Part shown: positions 56,864-64,000 of the stretch, piece after piece
Layout of the letters: every line of letters starts with the position of its first letter
Numbering within the stretch: position 1 is the first letter of the stretch
Source: an uncultured marine group III euryarchaeote
Lineage (GTDB): Archaea; Thermoplasmatota; Poseidoniia; MGIII; CG-Epi1
DNA length: 64,000 bases
Direction: 5' to 3'
Assembly (NCBI GenBank): GCA_902627615.1
Contig: CACOJW010000006.1
Span: forward strand, 31,204 to 95,203
The notes under the pieces: generated by a model
The model's input: only the letters and a program-made list of their open reading frames with translations
Told to the model about the DNA's origin: nothing
The model's database searches: none
Made by a program: the position numbers and the translations under genes

Positions 56864-56940
56864 TAGAAAGACCTCTCAGACAATTTAGATTGCATAGTGC
56901 TTACTTTTTCGACATAAATCAAATATTCATTCATTTTCAT
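56863..56940 (-). CDS. Candidate 25-aa leader ORF coupled to the MBL-fold gene (not in the ORF track)
   Basis: MKMNEYLIYVEKVSTMQSKLSERSF. AAGGTGA (56951-56945) lies 4 nt upstream of the ATG. The stop overlaps the MBL ATG (TAATG). Confidence 0.35.
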   Translation of the reverse strand: MKMNEYLIYVEKVSTMQSKLSERSF

Positions 56941-56951
56941 TATTTCACCTT

Positions 56952-56980
56952 ACAAAAATTGCAAATCAAAATAATTTGCA
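56952..56980 (-). terminator. Hairpin plus T-run: either the terminator of the KH/Rio/aIF-1A operon or a 5'-UTR structure of the MBL operon
   Basis: On the minus strand, TGCAAAT-7 nt-ATTTGCA (56980-56960) is followed by ATTTTTGT. It lies ~85 nt downstream of the KH stop. Confidence 0.3.
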
Positions 56981-57064
56981 TAAGTTGTATTTTTTGTAGC
57001 CACCCCAAATATATAAAATTAAGTGAGAAGCTTTATCAAATAGTTAGGTAAATTCTAAAAAAAT

Positions 57065-57586
57065 TTAGCGAATCCGTCTTCTGAAACTTTCTAGATATTT
57101 GTAAACAGCACCGTGCTCAGATCCTGCCAAAACCATAGATATTGCTACTTTGGCAGCTTCTAACCCCTCCAAGTCTGAAATTACTGAAACTGTATGGCCT
57201 TGAATAGCTAAATCAGCACCAGTCATATCTTCAATTATTTTGCGTGTCTTACCGCCTTTTCCAATGATTCTTCCTCTGATTATAGACAGTCTTTTCTTAG
57301 ATCTTCCAACATAATCTCTTATATCAACAATTTCTAAGTAAGCATCCATTTCCAAGAGTTGCATTGCCTTTTCAGGAGTAAAACCTCTTCCAATTGCTTT
57401 GGCCGTACTTATTAGTTGGAGGTTTTTCAGTGGATCTTCCTTGTTCTTTGATGTAATTTCCACAAGTCCCTCATCGGAGTCAATTTTTATTTCACAACCA
57501 CTTAATCGTTCAATTTTTTTCTTGGTTTCTCCCTTTGGACCAATTAATGCCCCGATCCTTGAAAGCGGTACCTTCACGTAATCCAT
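57065..57586 (-). CDS. Double-KH-domain RNA-binding protein (archaeal Dim2/Pno1-like)
   Basis: Two GxxG KH loops (IGPKGETKKKIE, IGKGGKTRKIIE). ATG at 57586 overlaps the Rio stop (TAATG); the track start at 57598 is GTG. Confidence 0.8.
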   Translation of the reverse strand: MDYVKVPLSRIGALIGPKGETKKKIERLSGCEIKIDSDEGLVEITSKNKEDPLKNLQLISTAKAIGRGFTPEKAMQLLEMDAYLEIVDIRDYVGRSKKRLSIIRGRIIGKGGKTRKIIEDMTGADLAIQGHTVSVISDLEGLEAAKVAISMVLAGSEHGAVYKYLESFRRRIR

Positions 57587-58323
57587 TAAATGAACCACCT
57601 ATCGTTTAAGTTTTTGATTTTTCGTTTCCAATATTTATACATGTTCTCCATGTCTCTTTTGTGTAGTTCGCCATAAAGGGGGTGCTCTTTAGGTACGGCC
57701 TGTCCTACATCAATTATGTAAGGTTTTTCTCTTACATTTAATATATTGTATTCACTTAAATCACCATGGCTTAGTTTCATCTTACGATAAGATTTAATTG
57801 AGTCTAGCAAAAGTTTGAGAAATTTCTTAGGCTCTTGTGGAGGCAATTCTCTGAGTGTGGGATAAGGTCTGTATCTCCAACCTAAATACTGCATTACCAC
57901 TATATTCTTGTAAACATGAAAGGGTTTTGGAGCCATTACTCCTCCTGCAATCATGGAATGCAAATTTTTATACTCTTTTTGAGCCCATGTAAATACTCTT
58001 TCCCTAGGATTATTTCCACTGTTTCTGAATCTTGAGTCTCCTTCAATATATTTTTCAAGCTTGCGAAAGGTAGCCGTGTTCAATCGGTAAATTTTCACAG
58101 CTCTATTTCTTCCATCAAAAGTTTTTGCGCGAAATACGTTTGCTTCTTTACCAGTCGCAATTATGTTTTCTATTGTAGATATAATTCTTCTACTGAAAAG
58201 TTGCTGGATATGTCTCAATGTAGCCTGATCAAATACTTCATCGACAGTTTTTCTTCCCTCATTATCTTTAGATTGATATATGTTTCCTACATTCCAATCT
58301 AAAGCTTCGATATCAGTTCTCAT
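57586..58323 (-). CDS. rio1: RIO-type serine/threonine protein kinase (Rio1-like, no N-terminal wHTH)
   Basis: GKEANVFRA, VKIYR, catalytic loop LSHGDLSEYNIL, and IDVGQAV. ATG at 58323; the track gives TTG at 58329. Confidence 0.85.
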   Translation of the reverse strand: MRTDIEALDWNVGNIYQSKDNEGRKTVDEVFDQATLRHIQQLFSRRIISTIENIIATGKEANVFRAKTFDGRNRAVKIYRLNTATFRKLEKYIEGDSRFRNSGNNPRERVFTWAQKEYKNLHSMIAGGVMAPKPFHVYKNIVVMQYLGWRYRPYPTLRELPPQEPKKFLKLLLDSIKSYRKMKLSHGDLSEYNILNVREKPYIIDVGQAVPKEHPLYGELHKRDMENMYKYWKRKIKNLNDRWFI

Positions 58324-58325
58324 TA

Positions 58326-58751
58326 TCAATATATGTCTAATATCTCAGGAATTTTGCCAAGACGTTTGAGATTGGAAGTTTGGGTGGGGGTATATCTAAA
58401 TTTTACATCTGCTTTACTGTCTTGAAAAGACCAAGGCACAACGATTAGAAGGTCATTTTCTCTAACCCACATTCTTCTTCTTAATTTACCGGGAATTCGG
58501 CCCATTCTTCTTTCCCCGTCCTCACATATTAATTGCAATCTTGATCCTCCTTGAAATGTTTCAGCAACGGCAAACATTTCACCTTTTGGTTTGTATGGAA
58601 GTGTAACTCTAAGATTTGCTTCAGTATTTTGTTGTTGATTCCCTTTTTTACCTTTTGATTTCTTATTCTTCTCTACTTTTTTCTCTTCGTCTTTAGATTG
58701 CTCTTCATCTTCCGATGTTTTTTCTTCGCTATTCTCTTCTGACGATGTCAT
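58326..58751 (-). CDS. eif1a: Translation initiation factor aIF-1A with a ~45-aa charged N-terminal extension
   Basis: S1/OB core GEMFAVAETFQGGSRLQLICEDGERRMGRIPGKLRRRMWVRENDLLIVVPW. ATG at 58751; GTG at 58757 is an alternative. Confidence 0.85.
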   Translation of the reverse strand: MTSSEENSEEKTSEDEEQSKDEEKKVEKNKKSKGKKGNQQQNTEANLRVTLPYKPKGEMFAVAETFQGGSRLQLICEDGERRMGRIPGKLRRRMWVRENDLLIVVPWSFQDSKADVKFRYTPTQTSNLKRLGKIPEILDIY

Positions 58752-58824
58752 GGTCACGTTCTAAACACTTCCCATATAAGATTGTCGCCCTAGCTCTTAT
58801 GGCACCCTTTCCACATTACTGTTA

Positions 58825-59859
58825 ATGAGTAACAAACGCACACCTCTTTTCAATCATCATCAAAAATGTGGCGCTAAGATTGTTGATTTTGCGGGCTGGG
58901 AAATGCCTATACAATACACAGGAATATTGGCTGAGCACAAATCCGTGAGAGAAAAGGTTGGTCTTTTTGATGTTTCTCACATGGGACAAATCTTTGTTAC
59001 AGGACCTGAAACAGTCGAGTTTTTATCGTACGTTACAACGTGGGATATGCAAAGACAAAAAATTGGAGATTGCCGCTATTGTCATGTATTAGATGACGAT
59101 GGACATATTATTGATGATACCATAGTTTATACATTATCTAAAGAAAAATATATGTTGATACCAAATGCTTCCAAGGTATCTGAAATATATGATTGGTTCA
59201 TCTTAAATTCAAAAAGGTTTGAAGTGAGTATTGATAATTTGTCTGACGATTATTTTTGCTTAGCATTACAGGGACCTCAGGCCCCTCGCCTTTTAGGTCA
59301 GCATCTTAATGTATCAGTAGGGTCTTTCCAATTAGTTACTATTGGCGATACAATAGTTAGCGGTACAGGCTATACCGGCGAGAAAGGCTGTGAAATCATA
59401 GGTCCATTAAAAGAAGTGGTAGACCACTGGGAAGCTTTAGTAGAAATGGGGGCTGAGCCTATAGGTTTGGGAGCAAGAGATACTCTCAGATTGGAAAAAG
59501 GTTACCTCCTATCTGGTCAAGATTTTAATGGAGGCCAGACTACTCTCGAAACAGGCTATTCTTGGGTAATAGATTGGAAACATGATTTCATAGGTAAAGA
59601 AGCTTTGTTAAAAATAAAAAGTACAGGTCATCAGAAATTATGCGGTATTCTAATCGAGGAAAGGGGTATTATCCGGCCAGGGAACGAATTATATTACGAT
59701 GGAAAACTCATATCTCAACTTACTAGCGGAACTTTATCTCCAACTCTCAGAAGGGGGATAGGTATGGCATATGCAGATTTAGACATTAATGATTTAGTAA
59801 CAGTAAAAGTGCGCGGTAATAACTTAAATGGCCGTGTGGTGAGAATGCCATTCCTATGA
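58825..59859 (+). CDS. gcvT: Glycine cleavage system T protein (aminomethyltransferase)
   Basis: TPLFNHHQKCGAKIVDFAGWEMPIQY, FDVSHMG, GYTGEKG, and ARDTLRLEKG. Confidence 0.88.
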   Translation: MSNKRTPLFNHHQKCGAKIVDFAGWEMPIQYTGILAEHKSVREKVGLFDVSHMGQIFVTGPETVEFLSYVTTWDMQRQKIGDCRYCHVLDDDGHIIDDTIVYTLSKEKYMLIPNASKVSEIYDWFILNSKRFEVSIDNLSDDYFCLALQGPQAPRLLGQHLNVSVGSFQLVTIGDTIVSGTGYTGEKGCEIIGPLKEVVDHWEALVEMGAEPIGLGARDTLRLEKGYLLSGQDFNGGQTTLETGYSWVIDWKHDFIGKEALLKIKSTGHQKLCGILIEERGIIRPGNELYYDGKLISQLTSGTLSPTLRRGIGMAYADLDINDLVTVKVRGNNLNGRVVRMPFL

Positions 59860-60233
59860 GCGAAATACCTGAAAATTTATCATACACTAAAGACCACGAA
59901 TGGGCTAGTCTCCAGGAGGATGGTAAAGTTAAAGTTGGGATTACAGACCATGCCCAAGATGCATTATCTGATGTTGTCTTCGTAGAACTTCCAGATATAG
60001 GTTCAGAATTTGTCAAAGGAGACGCTATGGCAGTCGCAGAGTCAGTTAAGGCTGCTAGCGACATCTATGCACCAGTTTCAGGTAAAATTGTATCGATTAA
60101 TAATAAGTTAGAAGAGTCTCCAGAATTGATTAATGAATCGCCATATGATTTCGGATGGATGGTTGTTATTGAGCCAGAGGGAGAGTTAGAAGGACTTTTG
60201 GATTCCAATGCATACAGAGAAGTAATTGATTAA
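59856..60233 (+). CDS. gcvH: Glycine cleavage system H protein
   Basis: YTKDHEW, GITDHAQ, and the lipoyl-lysine motif ESVKAASDIYAPVSG. ATGA overlap with gcvT. Confidence 0.9.
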   Translation: MSEIPENLSYTKDHEWASLQEDGKVKVGITDHAQDALSDVVFVELPDIGSEFVKGDAMAVAESVKAASDIYAPVSGKIVSINNKLEESPELINESPYDFGWMVVIEPEGELEGLLDSNAYREVID

Positions 60234-61221
60234 GCACCTTAAAGTTTTAGAGAGAAATGCACAAGATGCCAGACTCTTTCTTGAGAAATCTAATGCATTA
60301 AATGAGGATTTTTTACCGATAAAGAAAGAAGGATACATACTTTGGCCGTTAAATTTTGAAGTTAAAGGTGAGATAGTAGTGTGTGAGGGCGTTGAGTCTA
60401 AGAGAAATTCTAGGGATTACAGGCAGTTACTGCCATCTGAAATCAGAGGTTTAGCTCCTAGATCTTTTGATATTTTTGGAGATATCGGAATTATTAGGAT
60501 TTCAGATGAATGTTTAGAATATTCAAAAATTATTGCTAAAGCACTCTTAGAGAGTCATTTAAATTTAAAGAAAGTTGCTATTGACAAGGGGGTCAAAGGT
60601 GAGTATCGTATCAGGCAACTTCAAATGATTATGGGCGAACCTGGTTTCGTTTCAGTTCATAGAGAAAATGGATTTGAATTTAAATTGGATATTTCTAAAG
60701 TTTATTTTTCACCGAGACTTTCGATGGAAAGAAGTAGAATTTATGAAATGTCAGAGTCTCGTGAAGAAGTTTTGGATGCTTTTGCTGGCGTTTGTCCTTT
60801 TAGCGTAAGTTTAGCTTCTAAAGGCTGTAAGGTAACTGCCGTTGATTCAAATCCAGATTCAGAGTTTTGGGCACACGAAAATTTCAGACGTAACAAGATA
60901 TTAAAGTCTAGTTATGATTTCCTTTGTTCAAAAATCGAAGAGGTATTACCTGAATTAAAATTTTATGATCGCATCATAATGAATAGTCCAACAACTTCTC
61001 TTAATTACTTGCAGCTAATTTCGAGCAAATTGAATGTTGGAGGAGTCATTCACCTCTATACTATTATAGAAAATGACATTAATTTAAGGATTGGAGATTA
61101 TCTACCTTCCAACTTTAGTTGCGTATTCGAAAGAGTAGTTCATCCATATTCTCCGTCTAGTTCACTAGTGGTATTTGACATAGTTAAAGTAAAGAACAAT
61201 GTCCAAAAGACAAACCAGTAA
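60226..61221 (+). CDS. trm5: Trm5/TYW2-family tRNA methyltransferase (class I SAM-dependent)
   Basis: FSPRLSMER, the SAM motif DAFAGVCPFSVSLA, and IIMNSP (NxP catalytic-type motif). TTG start overlapping the gcvH stop. Confidence 0.65.
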   Translation: MIKHLKVLERNAQDARLFLEKSNALNEDFLPIKKEGYILWPLNFEVKGEIVVCEGVESKRNSRDYRQLLPSEIRGLAPRSFDIFGDIGIIRISDECLEYSKIIAKALLESHLNLKKVAIDKGVKGEYRIRQLQMIMGEPGFVSVHRENGFEFKLDISKVYFSPRLSMERSRIYEMSESREEVLDAFAGVCPFSVSLASKGCKVTAVDSNPDSEFWAHENFRRNKILKSSYDFLCSKIEEVLPELKFYDRIIMNSPTTSLNYLQLISSKLNVGGVIHLYTIIENDINLRIGDYLPSNFSCVFERVVHPYSPSSSLVVFDIVKVKNNVQKTNQ

Positions 61222-61341
61222 GTTTTTATATTAGTTTATAAAAAAGTGGGATTCCTTTTATTAAGACCTTGTCAATAGTGGTAGACTGTTTCTAAGATTC
61301 TTAGATGCAGTAATAGGACAAAACGCGAAGGTGTGCAAAAA

Positions 61342-64000
61342 ATGAACGCAAACGTATCAGAGTCAGCTTCTATATCAGGAAAGTTGACGGCAATATTCGT
61401 TGTAGCTCTGTTTGTATTTAGCAGTTTTTCACTGCTAGCTTCAGCAGGATCTAACGACGAGCAAGAAAGCGAAATCATCTCTGGAATTTCCATTGGTGAA
61501 GCAATAGTGTCTGAGTCAGAAGGACATGTTGAGACAATAAGTGAACTCAATACAATTCAACCAGGCCAAGAAGTACCATGGACTACAACAATGGCAGATG
61601 GTAAGTTCTCTCCTGAAAAGCAGGAAGCTGGAGCTGCCAAAGTATTAGTTGTTGATGATGATGGTGAAAATTGGATGTCAGGTCCATGGCTTGAAGCATC
61701 ACACATTGCAACAGCATTGAATGATGGTGGCTATTCATACGATGTTTTCCGAGCAGGAAGATGGGGTGGAGTAGCTAAAGAACTTCCAGCTGGCGATACA
61801 GGTTTATCAATAGTAGATGATTATGAAGTCATCATATGGTATAGTGGTTGGAATACACAAATTATGTCCAGCTCAGAGCAGGGCGTTCTTGAAGATTATT
61901 TACAAGGGGACTGTGGTACTGAAGATACTTTTTGTACAACTAACAGGAACATATTTGTATCCACACAAATGAGTGATTGGTTTGATGCTACTGCAGGTAG
62001 TTTCCAAAATAACTACATGCACTCAGATACTTACTATTCTTCATACATTGTTGTTGGAGGAACTTCAAACCCAATGAAGGGAGTTAGCGGTTCCATTATG
62101 GAAGGTAAAGAGTATGCAACAGATACAGCAGGTGTACATTATTTGGATAGGCCTTGTGGTAACAAGCCTTACGATAATACTGCAACAGGTGCATTCTGGA
62201 TGGATGCTCGTAAAGGAGCATCAGACGGGCATGAGTATCACGCCGTTCAATTTCCTGTTGATGGTTATGTAGGTCCTCAAACTCATAAAGCATTTATGTT
62301 TGCAGATGAGATTGGAGTATTCAACAAGAGATCAGATAGAGCAGATTTCATTGGTACAGTTCTTTCATGGATGGATGTAACTAAAGAACAGACTCAAAAT
62401 GTAGACATAGGTATAGGTGGAGTAGATATTCCTAATCACGTTCAATATTGGAGATCCGTTGAATCTATGGTTCCTGTAGACATCAGAATAACTGTAACTA
62501 ACTATGGTATGTTACCACAAAGTAGTACTGCAGTTCATTTGAAATTGAAAAATCAATTTGGTCAAGTTCTATTTGACAGCACATTTGATACTAGAGCTTT
62601 CCCAGAAGGACATCCTATGCACATCTCGGATTCCCTTCAGAGTGGAGACAGTGTAGTATTTACATTCAATAAAACAAATGATAGACATCAGCGTATATTT
62701 GATGGGCTGGATGAGAATAAAGCCAGACATGTTATGTTCACAAGTGCTGGAATGGATAGACTTTCAGCAGAAGTTAAGCACACCGGAGATCAAGGCAGTG
62801 CTAACAATTATGTACAAGCAGATATAGGTGTAGGAAAGTGGATTGAGAATGGTGAAGCACCTGAGGATGAAATAGGTCCTTCGATCACTTTTGGAGACAC
62901 AGATGACAATGGAGATAGCAGTTTAGATCACGTAAATTACCACCGTGCTTCTAGTTATGATTGGGACATGGATGGTTGTGGATGGGCTGAAGGAGTTGCA
63001 GAGGACTGCGCTGATAACGGCGGAACCTTAAACAAAACTCAATCTTCAGTTTATCATGAGGGAAAATCAGCTTTAGCCTCTTTCAATACAAACGGATGGT
63101 ATAAGACTGGAGCCGATAAAACTAGCTGTGATTGGTCTTCAAGTGGGGACAGCGACTGTCCTAAATTTACACCTGAGCCAAATCAAGATGACTACTTTGT
63201 TTCTCCACCACTCGATTTGAGTGCAATGGATGAAGTTGTAGTAGGAATGTTGTTCACAGGTTGTATGGAATCTGGAGATTATTTCCGTATGCAGATATCT
63301 AAAGACGGAGTATCTTGGACTAATTTAATTACTTACAGTGGTTTCTGTCCAGGTGAAGGTTCTTGGTATCTGTGGGGTGGAAGTAATGCAAAGTATCAAG
63401 GTTATGTATTATCGAGTGACTACTTTGGAACTGATGATGCAGATTCCGTTCAATGGAGAGTCCAGATGGATGCAGACAGTGATCAAAATACTGAAGGTAG
63501 CAGACCTTACGCTGGTTGGTTCATTGATGAGATTGTCTTCCGTGGAACTGAAAGAATAACTCGTGACGTTGCAGTCGGAGATATTGTAGTAGACACTGAC
63601 TATGCAGTAAAGGATGCAGGTTCAGAATCTCTTTGGAGAGAAGTTAATGCAACTGTTATTAATGCTGGAGAAGCTTCATGGACTGATTTACCAGTCAAAT
63701 TCTCTATCACTAACTTGCAAGGTGAAGATTTGACTTCTTTCTTGGATACAACACAGCCTTCAATTCCAAACCTTGCAGGCAATTCAAGATATGGAGACAT
63801 TACGCCTGGTGGAGGTAACGAAGATCAAAAAGAATTATTCTCTTTGTTCATGTGCCCAGGAGCTAACACCTATTATGCAACAGTAGAGGTTTTAGTACCA
63901 GCGGGTAAGGATTTCTTCCCATGGAATAATTCTTTAACAGTTACATTCCGTGTTTTTGACACTTTCTTCTATGACAATGTTGACACACCAGCAGATAGGT
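61342..64000 (+). CDS. Large secreted protein, 3'-partial (>886 aa), with a Cys-containing jelly-roll/MAM-like block and CARDB-like domains. Absent from the ORF track because no stop is reached.
   Basis: I translated the frame by hand from the ATG at 61342 (in-frame stop upstream at 61282) to base 63999 and found no stop. Signal/anchor KLTAIFVVALFVFSSFSLLASA. DYFVSPPLDL..FRMQISKDGVSW..VQWRVQMD..GWFIDEIVF. DVAVGDIVVD..WREVNATVINAG. Confidence 0.85.
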   Translation, partial: MNANVSESASISGKLTAIFVVALFVFSSFSLLASAGSNDEQESEIISGISIGEAIVSESEGHVETISELNTIQPGQEVPWTTTMADGKFSPEKQEAGAAKVLVVDDDGENWMSGPWLEASHIATALNDGGYSYDVFRAGRWGGVAKELPAGDTGLSIVDDYEVIIWYSGWNTQIMSSSEQGVLEDYLQGDCGTEDTFCTTNRNIFVSTQMSDWFDATAGSFQNNYMHSDTYYSSYIVVGGTSNPMKGVSGSIMEGKEYATDTAGVHYLDRPCGNKPYDNTATGAFWMDARKGASDGHEYHAVQFPVDGYVGPQTHKAFMFADEIGVFNKRSDRADFIGTVLSWMDVTKEQTQNVDIGIGGVDIPNHVQYWRSVESMVPVDIRITVTNYGMLPQSSTAVHLKLKNQFGQVLFDSTFDTRAFPEGHPMHISDSLQSGDSVVFTFNKTNDRHQRIFDGLDENKARHVMFTSAGMDRLSAEVKHTGDQGSANNYVQADIGVGKWIENGEAPEDEIGPSITFGDTDDNGDSSLDHVNYHRASSYDWDMDGCGWAEGVAEDCADNGGTLNKTQSSVYHEGKSALASFNTNGWYKTGADKTSCDWSSSGDSDCPKFTPEPNQDDYFVSPPLDLSAMDEVVVGMLFTGCMESGDYFRMQISKDGVSWTNLITYSGFCPGEGSWYLWGGSNAKYQGYVLSSDYFGTDDADSVQWRVQMDADSDQNTEGSRPYAGWFIDEIVFRGTERITRDVAVGDIVVDTDYAVKDAGSESLWREVNATVINAGEASWTDLPVKFSITNLQGEDLTSFLDTTQPSIPNLAGNSRYGDITPGGGNEDQKELFSLFMCPGANTYYATVEVLVPAGKDFFPWNNSLTVTFRVFDTFFYDNVDTPADR

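Noticed and set aside
61272-63800. Track ORFs 61272-61550(-), 62096-62293(-), 63338-63559(+) and 63600-63800(-)
   Set aside because: They are nested in the long, unlisted + strand ORF that starts at 61342.

Overview
Low-GC (roughly 35-40% by eye) archaeal chromosome segment. By inference only, it fits an uncultured marine planktonic euryarchaeote (Marine Group II / Poseidoniales-like). Supporting observations: the PolD large subunit, an aIF-1A/Rio1/KH operon, Rpp21, a type-A RNase P RNA, TATA boxes about 25 nt upstream of many start codons (leaderless geometry), and very acidic secreted proteins. I call 46 protein genes (three of them small ORFs not in the track), two tRNAs (Gly-GCC, Arg-GCG, both with encoded CCA) and one RNase P RNA. 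The ORF track misses or mislabels several things. (1) The RNase P RNA at 48139-48434 (-) appears only as two spurious ORFs. (2) A large secreted-protein gene starts at 61342 and runs off the 3' end of the window. (3) There are three small candidate ORFs, of 25, 27 and 42 aa. About one third of the window encodes giant envelope proteins. These are a >3,385-aa protein (1-10163) that joins a beta-helix/LamG/PKD ectodomain, through one TM helix, to a cytoplasmic STAND-like P-loop NTPase plus a Roadblock-like domain; a 974-aa Ca-binding-repeat protein; a 1,984-aa transglutaminase with many Ig-like domains, embedded in a DUF4350/MoxR/DUF58 cluster (19393-32726); an S8 protease; and the 3'-partial protein. 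The rest is housekeeping: presenilin-like protease, MPE-Lhr repair pair, E1-rhodanese, M24 peptidase, transketolase-like protein, GuaA subunit A, two UMF1 MFS transporters, acyl-CoA dehydrogenase, BirA, methylmalonyl-CoA mutase, PurE, GcvT/H and Trm5. No CRISPR array, transposase, integrase or prophage signature was seen. The best candidates for undescribed biology are the transmembrane adhesin-STAND NTPase mega-protein, the giant transglutaminase/MoxR/DUF58 envelope cluster, and a QueD-like protein that has lost all three zinc-ligand histidines, in an operon with an MBL-fold hydrolase. All domain calls come from motifs read by eye. No database search was run.
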